A model generated the notes under the pieces. It saw only the letters and a list, made by a program, of their open reading frames with translations. It did not search any database and had not been told where the DNA came from. Below are positions 1 to 7,641 of a DNA stretch of 64,000 nucleotides, piece by piece. Each line of letters starts with the position of its first letter. Positions within the stretch are counted from its first letter, which is position 1. The stretch covers positions 123,165 through 187,164 of the forward strand of contig CAVQGY010000005.1 in NCBI GenBank assembly GCA_963712165.1. The letters run 5' to 3'. Source of the DNA: an uncultured Chloroflexia bacterium. GTDB taxonomy: Bacteria; Chloroflexota; Anaerolineae; Anaerolineales; UBA11858. A program made the translations under genes and the position numbers.

Positions 1-2
1 TG

Positions 3-395
3 AATGTCTCCAGCATGGGAGGTTTCTTTCCTTTTCCCGGTCAAACCATCTAAGGGGCCTCGAAGGCAGGCATCAAGCTGCTAACGGAAGGGCTGCATTC
101 AGAATTAGGTGGTACGAATGTCAAGGTTACGGTTGTCTTTCCTGGCGCGACAGCAACCAATATCAGCGAAAACTCTGGCGTATCCATAACCCAGGGTGCA
201 GAGGACAGCTCAAGCGCCATGAAAGCCCTGCCGGCCAGCGAGGCAGCCGAGATCATTATCAGCGGGATGGAAAAAGACCAATACCAGATCTATGCCGGAT
301 CAGATTCGAAAATGATGAATTTGATGTACAAGATCAGTCCCAAACGGGCAGCTGCCTTGATCAGCAAACAGATGCAAAGCCTACTGCAAGATTGA
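3..395 (+). pseudogene. short-chain dehydrogenase/reductase (SDR), 3' portion entering from the left edge; in-frame TAA (51-53) at the catalytic Tyr position
   Basis: Frame 3 reads NVSSMGGFFPFPGQTI*GASKAGIKLLTEGLHSELGGTNVKVTVVFPGATATNI... This is the SDR NxSS / YxxxK / PG core, with the stop where the Y belongs. The frame stays open to TGA 393-395. Confidence 0.7.
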
Positions 396-413
396 CGATC
401 CAATCCTCAACAT

Positions 414-446
414 AAAAAAAAAGCCTGTTCATTGAACAGGCTTTTT
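414..446. terminator. bidirectional intrinsic terminator between convergent genes
   Basis: A-run, stem AGCCTGTT (422-429) / AACAGGCT (435-442), then T-run. Lies between the SDR tail (+) and the GNAT gene (-). Confidence 0.75.
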
Positions 447-529
447 CCTTATCGTATAAGTAGATCAGCTTGTAACCCGGTATTCTAACTACCTGGCAGC
501 GGGGATGGTTTCTTCCAAGAATCATTACC

Positions 530-1096
530 TCAGATATCCAGATCCTCGGGAACAAGAGCGTACATGGCCGCGTCCATATTGATCTCACCCTTTCTCATGC
601 GCTTTCTCAAGACGGCCTCGAAGGTGGCGCCGGCTTTTTCAGCGACTTTCCGGCTGGCCCAGTTATCCACGGCGGTGACGATTTCGATTCGCCTTAATCC
701 CAGCTGCCCAAAACCAAATTGGGCTAACAGCCGGGTTGCTTCAGTGGCGATGCCCTCTCTGGTCCGGTCTGAGCGGACCCAGTAGCCCAGATTGGCCATC
801 CGGTAGTAGCGGTTGATGTGATTCAATCCGCACCCTCCCAGGACCTGGTTGGTTTCCCTGTCAATGATCGTGAACTGGTAGTTGGTGTCGTTCTCCCAAG
901 ATTCAGGCTGAGCCTTGATGAAAGCTCCGGGCACCTCGATCGAGTAATCCTCATTGCACCACTCCATCCAGGGTCGCAGCTCAGGTATGGAAGCCAGCAC
1001 GGCTTCGTGCATGCCCTCTGCGTCCTCCAGGTTGGGGGGGCGGAGGAGGATGTTTAACCTGGCACTGGTCAGTTGGATATCCATGGAGATGGTCAT
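530..1096 (-). CDS. GNAT N-acetyltransferase, RimJ/RimL-like
   Basis: Motifs LGGCGLNHI, REGIATEATRLLAQFGF, RIEIVTAVDNWASRKVAEKAGATFEAVLRK. Start moved from the track value (1132) to ATG 1096, which follows GAGGAA. Confidence 0.8.
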   Translation of the reverse strand: MTISMDIQLTSARLNILLRPPNLEDAEGMHEAVLASIPELRPWMEWCNEDYSIEVPGAFIKAQPESWENDTNYQFTIIDRETNQVLGGCGLNHINRYYRMANLGYWVRSDRTREGIATEATRLLAQFGFGQLGLRRIEIVTAVDNWASRKVAEKAGATFEAVLRKRMRKGEINMDAAMYALVPEDLDI

Positions 1097-1463
1097 TGGA
1101 GGTTCCTCGAACAAGGATGGATCAAGCTGCACCTTTATTTATACATCAAAAGCCCATTCTCCGACTCTCATCACCGGTTCAGAGGTTCCATCAGTCAAGA
1201 CCCCATCGACATCGATCTCCTGCGAAACGAACCTGAAGTCAACATGGATTTTACTTTGATGTTCCCCTATTTACCTTGATAAACCTTATCGTAGCCTAAA
1301 CATGGGATTATTTCCAGCGAGTACCAGGACATCCTAATTCAAAGGTCCACATCTTCTATCTTGAATTGTCAACCTTCAATTTCCAATCCCTCCCTCACAT
1401 TGCGTAATCTTGAAAATTTGCGCTACACTCCTACTATACTTCCAGATCACTCCCGGGAGCGCT

Positions 1464-2234
1464 ATGTTTATCAAAGATACTGTCTTTATTGGCATTGACC
1501 CTTCCTGCGGGGAGGACTCCCTGACTTATGCGGTCCTCGACAAGGATTTGCACATCCTGGCCCTCTCCCAGCAGAAGCTCAACACCGTATCCGCTTTTAT
1601 CGGCGGGCAGAAATCAGCTGTGGTCGGGGTCAATGCGCCCCGGCGCCTCAACCAGGGTTTGATGAAACAGGACGCCGTCCGGGACAAGCTTAAACCTCCA
1701 CCCACTCAGGGGCGGTACAATGGCTTCCGTGTAGCGGAATATCTGCTCTTTCAGCGCAATATTCGTATCCCCAGAACGCCGAGCAAGATCTCGGACTGCC
1801 CGGGCTGGATGAAGGTCGGTTTTAAGCTCTACCGCAATCTGGAAGAGATGGGATTCATGGATTACCCGGTCAAGGACAAAGTTCAGCTTTTCTTGGAGGT
1901 ATATCCTCATGGAGCCTATGCGGTTCTGCTGGAAAGGATCCCCTTTTTGAAAAAGACTCTCGAGGGGCGCCTCCAGCGCCAGCTTTTGCTGCATTCGCTA
2001 TCGGTAGCTGTGCCTGATCCGATGGGTATTTTCGAGGAGATCACACGGTATAAGATCCTGCAAGGTGAATTGCCTCTGGAAGGCCTTCACTCTGTGGAAG
2101 AGCTGGAAGCTTTGATGGCTGCTTACCTGGCCTGGAAAGCAGCTACAAAGCCGGACGAGGTCAGCCTGCTGGGGGACCCCAGGGATGGCCAGATCGTCCT
2201 GCCCTCAAAGAGCCTGAAACCAAAATACAACTAA
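1464..2234 (+). CDS. hypothetical protein, possibly RNase-H-fold / DUF429-like
   Basis: Long ORF. The N-terminus VFIGIDPSCGEDSLTYAVLD resembles the first beta-strand/Asp of RNase-H-fold proteins. ATG 1464 preferred over TTG 1410. The family assignment is from memory only. Confidence 0.5.
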   Translation: MFIKDTVFIGIDPSCGEDSLTYAVLDKDLHILALSQQKLNTVSAFIGGQKSAVVGVNAPRRLNQGLMKQDAVRDKLKPPPTQGRYNGFRVAEYLLFQRNIRIPRTPSKISDCPGWMKVGFKLYRNLEEMGFMDYPVKDKVQLFLEVYPHGAYAVLLERIPFLKKTLEGRLQRQLLLHSLSVAVPDPMGIFEEITRYKILQGELPLEGLHSVEELEALMAAYLAWKAATKPDEVSLLGDPRDGQIVLPSKSLKPKYN

Positions 2235-2306
2235 TTGGTTAATTAGAGTGGGGGAAAACACCAGACAACACCTTGGCCGACATGAGACCTAGGAGAGGAT
2301 TAATAT

Positions 2307-3227
2307 ATGACTACCAAGAAAACCCTATTTATTATCAATCCCAATGCCAATATGGGCCAGGCCTGGAGAGAGGCGGCTGACCTGCGGCCGATCATGGATG
2401 AATATGGCGGCGCTGATTGGGCCGGATCGGTCTATCCCACTCATGCAATCGAGCTGGCCAAAAAAGCCGTTCATGACGGATATGAGCTGGTCATCGCCGG
2501 GGGAGGGGATGGCACTGTGCATGAGGTAGTTAACGCGATCATGGAGTTCCCGAAAGATAAACGCCCTGCTCTCGGTGTGCTCCCTCTGGGTTCTGGCAAT
2601 GATTTTTCTTATGCAGTGGGTATGGATCCTGATCCTGCCATCGCACTGCGCCAAATCTTCACCGGGACAGAATCCTGGATTGATATCGGAAAGGTAGAGG
2701 ATGATCGGGGCAGGACCGAATATTTCGATAATACGGTCGGTATAGGGTTTGACGCCATCGTTACCATTCATTCTCACAAGATGCCCTGGGCGAGGGGAAT
2801 GGCGATGTATGTCTTGGCCGTACTGAAAACCATCTTCCTGAACCATCATCCCCTTGAGGTGGATGTCACCATGGATGGGGACAAAAAATATCAGGATAAA
2901 TTGATTATGTTTACCTTATGTAATGGGGGCAGGGAAGGCGGCGGTTTCCACCTCTACCCGGAAGCAAAGAATGGTGACGGGATTCTTCATTACATTACCG
3001 TTCCGAATGTCAGCCGATTGATGATGCTGCGTTTCATACCCATGTTCATGAGTGGTACCCATTTGAAGCATCCCAAAGTCAAATTTGGAGACTTCAAAGA
3101 GATGGTGGTGGAATCGGATTCCGCTATGTTCATCCACATTGACGGGGAAGTCTTTTCAGGTTTTACATCCAATTTGAGAAAGATCACAGTGACTATGGAA
3201 CACGAGGCTATAAGAGTGGTCTCCTGA
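2307..3227 (+). CDS. diacylglycerol-kinase-type lipid kinase (YegS/BmrU family)
   Basis: LFIINPNAN, AGGGDGTVHEVVN and LGVLPLGSGNDF are the DAGK catalytic-domain motifs. Confidence 0.85.
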   Translation: MTTKKTLFIINPNANMGQAWREAADLRPIMDEYGGADWAGSVYPTHAIELAKKAVHDGYELVIAGGGDGTVHEVVNAIMEFPKDKRPALGVLPLGSGNDFSYAVGMDPDPAIALRQIFTGTESWIDIGKVEDDRGRTEYFDNTVGIGFDAIVTIHSHKMPWARGMAMYVLAVLKTIFLNHHPLEVDVTMDGDKKYQDKLIMFTLCNGGREGGGFHLYPEAKNGDGILHYITVPNVSRLMMLRFIPMFMSGTHLKHPKVKFGDFKEMVVESDSAMFIHIDGEVFSGFTSNLRKITVTMEHEAIRVVS

Positions 3228-3236
3228 TAAACCAGT

Positions 3237-4898
3237 ATGACCGATCTGTGGCACAGCCTGCTTAAATCAGAATACAGTTACCTGAAAATCGTGGCCGAAA
3301 AATGGGGGTTCAATTTCACGGCGCCCGATACCCGGGAGGGGATCGATCTGGTGGCTGATACCTTGCTGAAAAGTGATCTCTTATCAGGGATCTCCCAGAC
3401 CCTGGACCCTCCGGAGCGGGAGCTGCTGATCTGGCTGGATGATCAGGGAGGAAAGATCCCCTGGGATCACATCACTCGAAAATATGGCCAGCTACGGGAA
3501 ATGGGGGCAGGGCGACTGGAACGGGAAAGGCCGGACCGGGATCCTGTATCCCCCCTGGAAAGTCTTTGGTACCGGGCTTTGATCGCCAGGGGTTTTTTCG
3601 AGACCGAGACCGGCCCGCAGGAATTTGGTTATCTGGCTGATGACCTGCGTGAAAAGGTCATGCCGATCTTGAACCCGAACCGCGCTACCTCCCCGAAGGA
3701 GTCATTTATCTGTCGAGTGGCGGCTCCTCGCGAAAGAGGGGAGATCTTGCCCGATCCTGGCTTCATTCTTGATCAGATTTGCTCCCTGCTGGCTGGGATC
3801 CGCATTGCTCAGGACCCTTCTCCACACCTGCCGGGTCTAACGGAACCTGAAAAGGGTTTCTACCAAACCCTGGCAGCTGCGGCGGGTCTTCTCAATAACA
3901 GCGGGAGTACAGCTCCGGATGCTATACGGGATTTTCTGGATCTGGCTGACCCTGAAGCCTTCTTAACCATCTGGACTGCTTGGCTGGGCGATGAGATGGC
4001 CCCTGAGCTTTATTTGCTGCCTGATCTTCAGGTAGAAGGAGAGCCGCCCCTGGAGGGTTCACGGATCAGGATGCAGCTGCTTACCTTCCTGGGAGAGCTT
4101 CCACCTGGTGAATGGTGGAGTATCGAGTCCTTTGTAACCCAGGTCAAAGAACGCCAACCGGATATTTTAAGGGCAGGCGGGGAATATGAATCCTGGTTCA
4201 TCAAACGAAGATCGGCTGAGGAATATTTAACCGGGTTTGAGCATTGGGATGAGATCGAAGGCGCTTTACTGCGCTTCTTTCTCACTGGCCCTCTTCGCTG
4301 GCTCGGTATTACTGTGTTGGGTGCTCCGGAAGAAGAGGTACCTCCGCTGGCCTTTCAGCTGACTCCCTTGTTTTACGAATTAATGGCGGGTCGATCCCCC
4401 ACCTTGAAGACAGCTGAACCGGATCTTGTTCAGCTGCGCTCGCAGGGGGAGATACGCATGACGGTGGATGTGCCTCGCAAAGCCCGCTACCAGATTGCCC
4501 GGTTCTGTGATTGGTACCCTGTCAAGGCAGATGCTTATCAATACCGCTTGTCGCCGGGATCATTGGTCCGGGCAGAGGGGCAGGGATTGCGAGTACCTCA
4601 TTTGCTGTCATTGTTGAAAAACCACACGGAAGCCATTCCCCCTAATATTCTGGCAGCCCTGGAACGCTGGGAAAAGAGCGGTTCCCAGGCTGCCATCGAG
4701 CCGCGGACAGTATTGCGCCTCGGTTCACCGGCAATTCTCAAAGCTTTAAAAAGATCCCGAGCCAGCCACTATATCCTGGAGCAAATAGGTCCTACAGTGG
4801 TGATCATCAAACCGGGCAGTGAATCCAAAATCTCTCAAGCTTTGATGGAGTTGGGATTCTTTGTGCAGCTCGAAGGTCAGGACGCTTCCCAGACTTGA
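3237..4898 (+). CDS. hypothetical 553-aa protein; the C-terminal ~60 aa resemble a helicase-associated (XPB N-terminal-like) module
   Basis: Uninterrupted 553-codon ORF starting 10 nt after the kinase gene. The tail ...LGSPAILKALKRSRASHYILEQIGPTVVIIKPGSESKISQALMELGFFVQLE gives only a weak resemblance, recalled from memory. Confidence 0.6.
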   Translation: MTDLWHSLLKSEYSYLKIVAEKWGFNFTAPDTREGIDLVADTLLKSDLLSGISQTLDPPERELLIWLDDQGGKIPWDHITRKYGQLREMGAGRLERERPDRDPVSPLESLWYRALIARGFFETETGPQEFGYLADDLREKVMPILNPNRATSPKESFICRVAAPRERGEILPDPGFILDQICSLLAGIRIAQDPSPHLPGLTEPEKGFYQTLAAAAGLLNNSGSTAPDAIRDFLDLADPEAFLTIWTAWLGDEMAPELYLLPDLQVEGEPPLEGSRIRMQLLTFLGELPPGEWWSIESFVTQVKERQPDILRAGGEYESWFIKRRSAEEYLTGFEHWDEIEGALLRFFLTGPLRWLGITVLGAPEEEVPPLAFQLTPLFYELMAGRSPTLKTAEPDLVQLRSQGEIRMTVDVPRKARYQIARFCDWYPVKADAYQYRLSPGSLVRAEGQGLRVPHLLSLLKNHTEAIPPNILAALERWEKSGSQAAIEPRTVLRLGSPAILKALKRSRASHYILEQIGPTVVIIKPGSESKISQALMELGFFVQLEGQDASQT

Positions 4899-5599
4899 TA
4901 TAGTCCCAGATTTCCCCCTTCGCCATCCGAATCAAATGTTTCAATGATCTTAAACCCGCTCTCCTCCGCCAGCTGGAGGAGTTCTTCGCTGTCATAGAGA
5001 TGCACATATCGAGTTCCACTCCCACCTCTCTGCCAATCCAGAAGGTAATCGCCCTTATCCACCTGATCATCCCGGATGCCGACAGTATGCCAGGGGAGGA
5101 TCTTTTTTCTCAAGCGTTCACTCTTGATGAACTGCCAGACGGAGAGGTAGAGAATGCCATCATCAGCCAGGGCACTCCTGATGTTCTGACATAACCTGGT
5201 CCGGATCTCGAGGCTGGGGATATGGTGAAGGGTCGCAAAGCAGCAGATCACATCATAGGAGGCCAGAGGTAGGAGATCAGCCCAGCTGGGAGCTGTCAGA
5301 TCGAGCTCCAGAAACCCTGCCTGGATCCCTTCAGGTTTATCGCCGTCAGCCCATTCAAGCAATCCCAGACTGAAATCCGCTCCCAGGTAACTACCTTTAA
5401 ATCCGTTCTCAGCTAGCTGTAAAAGGACCTTGCCGTTCCCACAGCCCAGGTCCAGCAGCGAGCTTTCGGGTGGGATCCGTTCCAGGATCTTAAGCACACC
5501 CATCTGCAGCCTGCCGCGGGTCTCAGAGAAATCCGTGGCGAAGCTTTGGTAAAATTGGTGATTGAGGTTAATGATCTTTTGGGCGACTTCTGGCTGCAT
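4877..5599 (-). CDS. class I SAM-dependent methyltransferase, Trm9/ALKBH8-methyltransferase-like
   Basis: FSETR followed by LLDLGCGNGK (SAM motif I), then LHHIP...R, LYLSVW, DYLLDW and RYVHLYDSEEL. Start set to ATG 5599, because the track start at 5680 would overlap the divergent Elp3 gene. Confidence 0.8.
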   Translation of the reverse strand: MQPEVAQKIINLNHQFYQSFATDFSETRGRLQMGVLKILERIPPESSLLDLGCGNGKVLLQLAENGFKGSYLGADFSLGLLEWADGDKPEGIQAGFLELDLTAPSWADLLPLASYDVICCFATLHHIPSLEIRTRLCQNIRSALADDGILYLSVWQFIKSERLRKKILPWHTVGIRDDQVDKGDYLLDWQRGGSGTRYVHLYDSEELLQLAEESGFKIIETFDSDGEGGNLGLYQVWEAS

Positions 5600-5648
5600 G
5601 CTTCTATTATACGCCAGGGCAAAGATCTTTTCCTCTGAGGGATTGATT

Positions 5649-7256
5649 ATGACTGAAAACAGGAGCGGGAGTAAATCCAATCAGGACCAGTTCTTGGAAG
5701 CAGAGATCAAGCTGGCATCCTTGACATTGGATGAGATCGAATCTGGCGTGGAGGTTTTTAAAGCTATCAGGCGTCATCCCCTGCCAGGAGGAGTTGGGTT
5801 CCTCAGCAAACATACTCTGGTGACAGTCTATCGGGACCAGGTTGCGAGAGGACAACGCGTCGAAGACCAAACCCTGTTGAGTAAGATCCGCTTGAAGCCA
5901 ACCCGAACATTGTCTGGAGTGACCACGGTCACCGTACTCACCAAGCCTTTTCCCTGTCCGGGAGAATGTATATTCTGTCCTGATTATGAGGAAATGCCAG
6001 TCAGCTATCTGCCTGATGAGCCGGGTGCCATGCGGGCCTTATTCCACGCCTATGACCCTTATACTCAGGTTGTCTCGCGGATTGAGGCCCTGCATGAGAT
6101 TGGCCACTCGACTGAAAAGATCGAATTACTCGTCCTGGGAGGGTCTTGGACTGCTTATGACCGGGAGTACCAGACCTGGTTCATCAAACGCTGTTTTGAT
6201 GCCATGAACGGCCAGGAGTCCTCTTCTCTGGCTGAAGCGCAGGCTTTGAATGAGACTGCTACTCATAAGAACGTAGGTCTGGTCCTGGAAACCCGGCCGG
6301 ATTTGATCACACCTGGTGAGCTTGCCAGGATGAGAATATTGGGGGTAACCAAGGTTCAGATGGGAGTGCAGAGTCTGGACGACCATATCCTAAGCCTCAA
6401 CCGACGTGGGCATACTGTAAAGCAGGCCCAAGATGGTGTGGGCCTGCTGCGGGCAGGCGGGTTTAAGATCGTGCTTCACTGGATGCCCAACTTATTGGGT
6501 GCCACACAAGAGTCTGACAGGGAGGATTTCAAACGTCTCTGGGAGGATCTTTCACCGGATGAGATCAAGATCTACCCGACTCAGCTCCTTGCGGATACTG
6601 GCCTGTATCAGATCTGGAAGCGAGGTGAGTATCACCCTTATACAACCGAGGATCTGATCCAGCTCATCGCGGATATCAAATTAGGAATCCCCCGCTACTG
6701 CCGGGTGAACCGGGTCATCCGTGATATCCCTTCCGGAAATGTGGTAGAGGGAAATAAAAGGACCAGCCTCCGGCAGGACGTTCAGTTGGAACTGTCGCGG
6801 CGAGGGAAAGCCTGTAATTGCATCCGCTGCCGGGAAGTAAAGGGACAGGAAATCGAAGTGGAGAGTTTAAGCTTCAATGACCTGGAATATACCAGTAATG
6901 GCTGCAGGGAGCATTTCTTATCCTTTGATACTCCGGATGACCACCTGGCTGGATTTGCCCGTCTGAGTTTGCCCGGGCCGGGAGCAGCGGATCCGGGTAT
7001 CGAAGAACTCAGAGGAGCGGCCTTGATCAGGGAAGTTCATGTCTATGGGGAATCCCTGCCAGTGGGTTCGGAGAAGGATGGTGCAACCCAACATTCAGGT
7101 CTGGGGACTGCTCTGCTTGAGGACGCTGAAGGCATCGCCTTTGAGAATGGTTATCAGAAGATAGCTGTGATCTCTGCGGTAGGAACCCGCGGTTATTACC
7201 TGGAGCGAGGCTACGAGCGGGGGGAGTTATATTTAATTAAGGAGCTTGGCGTGTAG
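5649..7256 (+). CDS. elp3: Elp3-type radical SAM / GNAT tRNA uridine(34) modification enzyme
   Basis: Radical-SAM CPGECIFC (Cx3Cx2C) within TVLTKPFPCPGECIFCPD. C-terminal GNAT QHSGLGTALLEDAEGIAFENGYQKIAVISAVGTRGYYLERGY. Start set to ATG 5649. Confidence 0.88.
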   Translation: MTENRSGSKSNQDQFLEAEIKLASLTLDEIESGVEVFKAIRRHPLPGGVGFLSKHTLVTVYRDQVARGQRVEDQTLLSKIRLKPTRTLSGVTTVTVLTKPFPCPGECIFCPDYEEMPVSYLPDEPGAMRALFHAYDPYTQVVSRIEALHEIGHSTEKIELLVLGGSWTAYDREYQTWFIKRCFDAMNGQESSSLAEAQALNETATHKNVGLVLETRPDLITPGELARMRILGVTKVQMGVQSLDDHILSLNRRGHTVKQAQDGVGLLRAGGFKIVLHWMPNLLGATQESDREDFKRLWEDLSPDEIKIYPTQLLADTGLYQIWKRGEYHPYTTEDLIQLIADIKLGIPRYCRVNRVIRDIPSGNVVEGNKRTSLRQDVQLELSRRGKACNCIRCREVKGQEIEVESLSFNDLEYTSNGCREHFLSFDTPDDHLAGFARLSLPGPGAADPGIEELRGAALIREVHVYGESLPVGSEKDGATQHSGLGTALLEDAEGIAFENGYQKIAVISAVGTRGYYLERGYERGELYLIKELGV

Positions 7257-7268
7257 GTGGAATTGAGG

Positions 7269-7600
7269 ATTGTCTTCTATTTTCGCCCAACGATTAAAAT
7301 CGTGGGCTGAACCAAAAAAGACCCCCTGCGGGGACTTCATTAAAATCACTAAAGAGGACTGTCGGGAACCCAGCGCCGAACCGCCGCAGGGTGGATTGCC
7401 CCGTCAGCCCACGGGTTCAGCCGTCGGGTAGTCAAAAGATTGTCTTCTATTTGTGCCCAACGAATAAATTCGTGGGCTGAACCAAAAAAGTCCCTCTGCA
7501 GGGACTTCACAAAAATCACTCAAGATAAGCGTTGGAAATCCAGCGCCTAACCGCCGGAGGGCGGTTTGCCACGTCAGCCCACGGGTTCAGCCGTCGGGCA
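7269..7600 (+). repeat. two tandem copies (period exactly 170 bp) of a hairpin-rich structured element; possible ncRNA or REP-like element
   Basis: 7269-7430 aligns with 7439-7600 without indels: 23 mismatches in 162 positions by hand count. Each copy has four hairpins. Two mismatch pairs are compensatory (7294/7299 T-A vs A-T; 7325/7330 C-G vs T-A). Strand uncertain. Confidence 0.8.
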
Positions 7601-7641
7601 ATGGATAACGATTCAAATTTTCTATATTCAATTTTCAATCG

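Noticed and set aside
51-53. Possibility that the TAA in the SDR gene reflects stop-codon reassignment or programmed read-through.
   Set aside because: TAA terminates several clearly complete genes in the window (ccmH, ccmD, PPK2, the ferredoxin). No recoding signal is apparent, so a pseudogene or a sequencing error is simpler.
5562-5680. ORF-track N-terminal extensions of Elp3 (start 5562) and of the methyltransferase (start 5680), which would make the two divergent genes overlap by about 120 nt.
   Set aside because: Internal ATGs at 5649 and 5599 give N-termini that fit the families. The extensions are hydrophobic or odd peptides with no similarity to the conserved parts.
7269-7600. The tandem 170-bp repeat as a CRISPR array, an IS/MITE or a tRNA-like gene.
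   Set aside because: There are only two contiguous copies with no spacers. I noticed no terminal inverted repeats, target-site duplication or transposase. The GGTTCAGCC segment does not sit in a cloverleaf. It is kept as an unclassified structured repeat.
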